A stretch of 17,096 nt of DNA. Source: Pseudomonadota bacterium. GTDB lineage: Bacteria; UBA10199; 2-02-FULL-44-16; JAAZCA01. The notes below the pieces were generated by a model. That model worked only from the letters and a program-made list of their open reading frames with translations. It had not been told where the DNA came from and made no database searches. Below are positions 17,081 to 17,096 of the stretch, piece after piece. Location: positions 1 through 17,096 of the forward strand of contig JBDRBN010000065.1 of the NCBI GenBank assembly GCA_043822785.1. Reading direction: 5' to 3'. Position 1 is the first letter of the stretch. Each line of letters starts with the position of its first letter. The translations under genes were made by a program, and so were the position numbers.

Positions 17081-17096
17081 TCCCGACGCAGCAGAT

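Overview
A mostly housekeeping region of a Gram-negative bacterium; the lysS-lolC/E-lolD-bamA order suggests a deltaproteobacterium-like lineage (inference). On the minus strand, read from the right: tRNA-Pro(GGG), cysE, mnmA, mtaB, rnc and a yyaL/SSP411-like gene; then a 66-aa membrane protein and era; then lysS, two LolC/E-family permeases, lolD and bamA. On the plus strand: pyruvate kinase and a 120-aa orphan with a possible sigma-28-type promoter. The unusual content is non-genic. (1) A family of palindromic elements with GTCAT.../...ATGA(C) ends; one copy lies in frame inside mtaB and appears to be translated. (2) A tRNA-Pro enclosed in nested inverted repeats and followed 51 nt later by a duplicate of its 3' half with a rewritten T-loop. 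(3) Degenerate 6-, 7- and 9-nt micro-repeat arrays, often as inverted pairs, in many of the larger intergenic gaps. No transposase, integrase, CRISPR array or defence gene is visible. All calls rest on motif recognition by eye; no searches were run.
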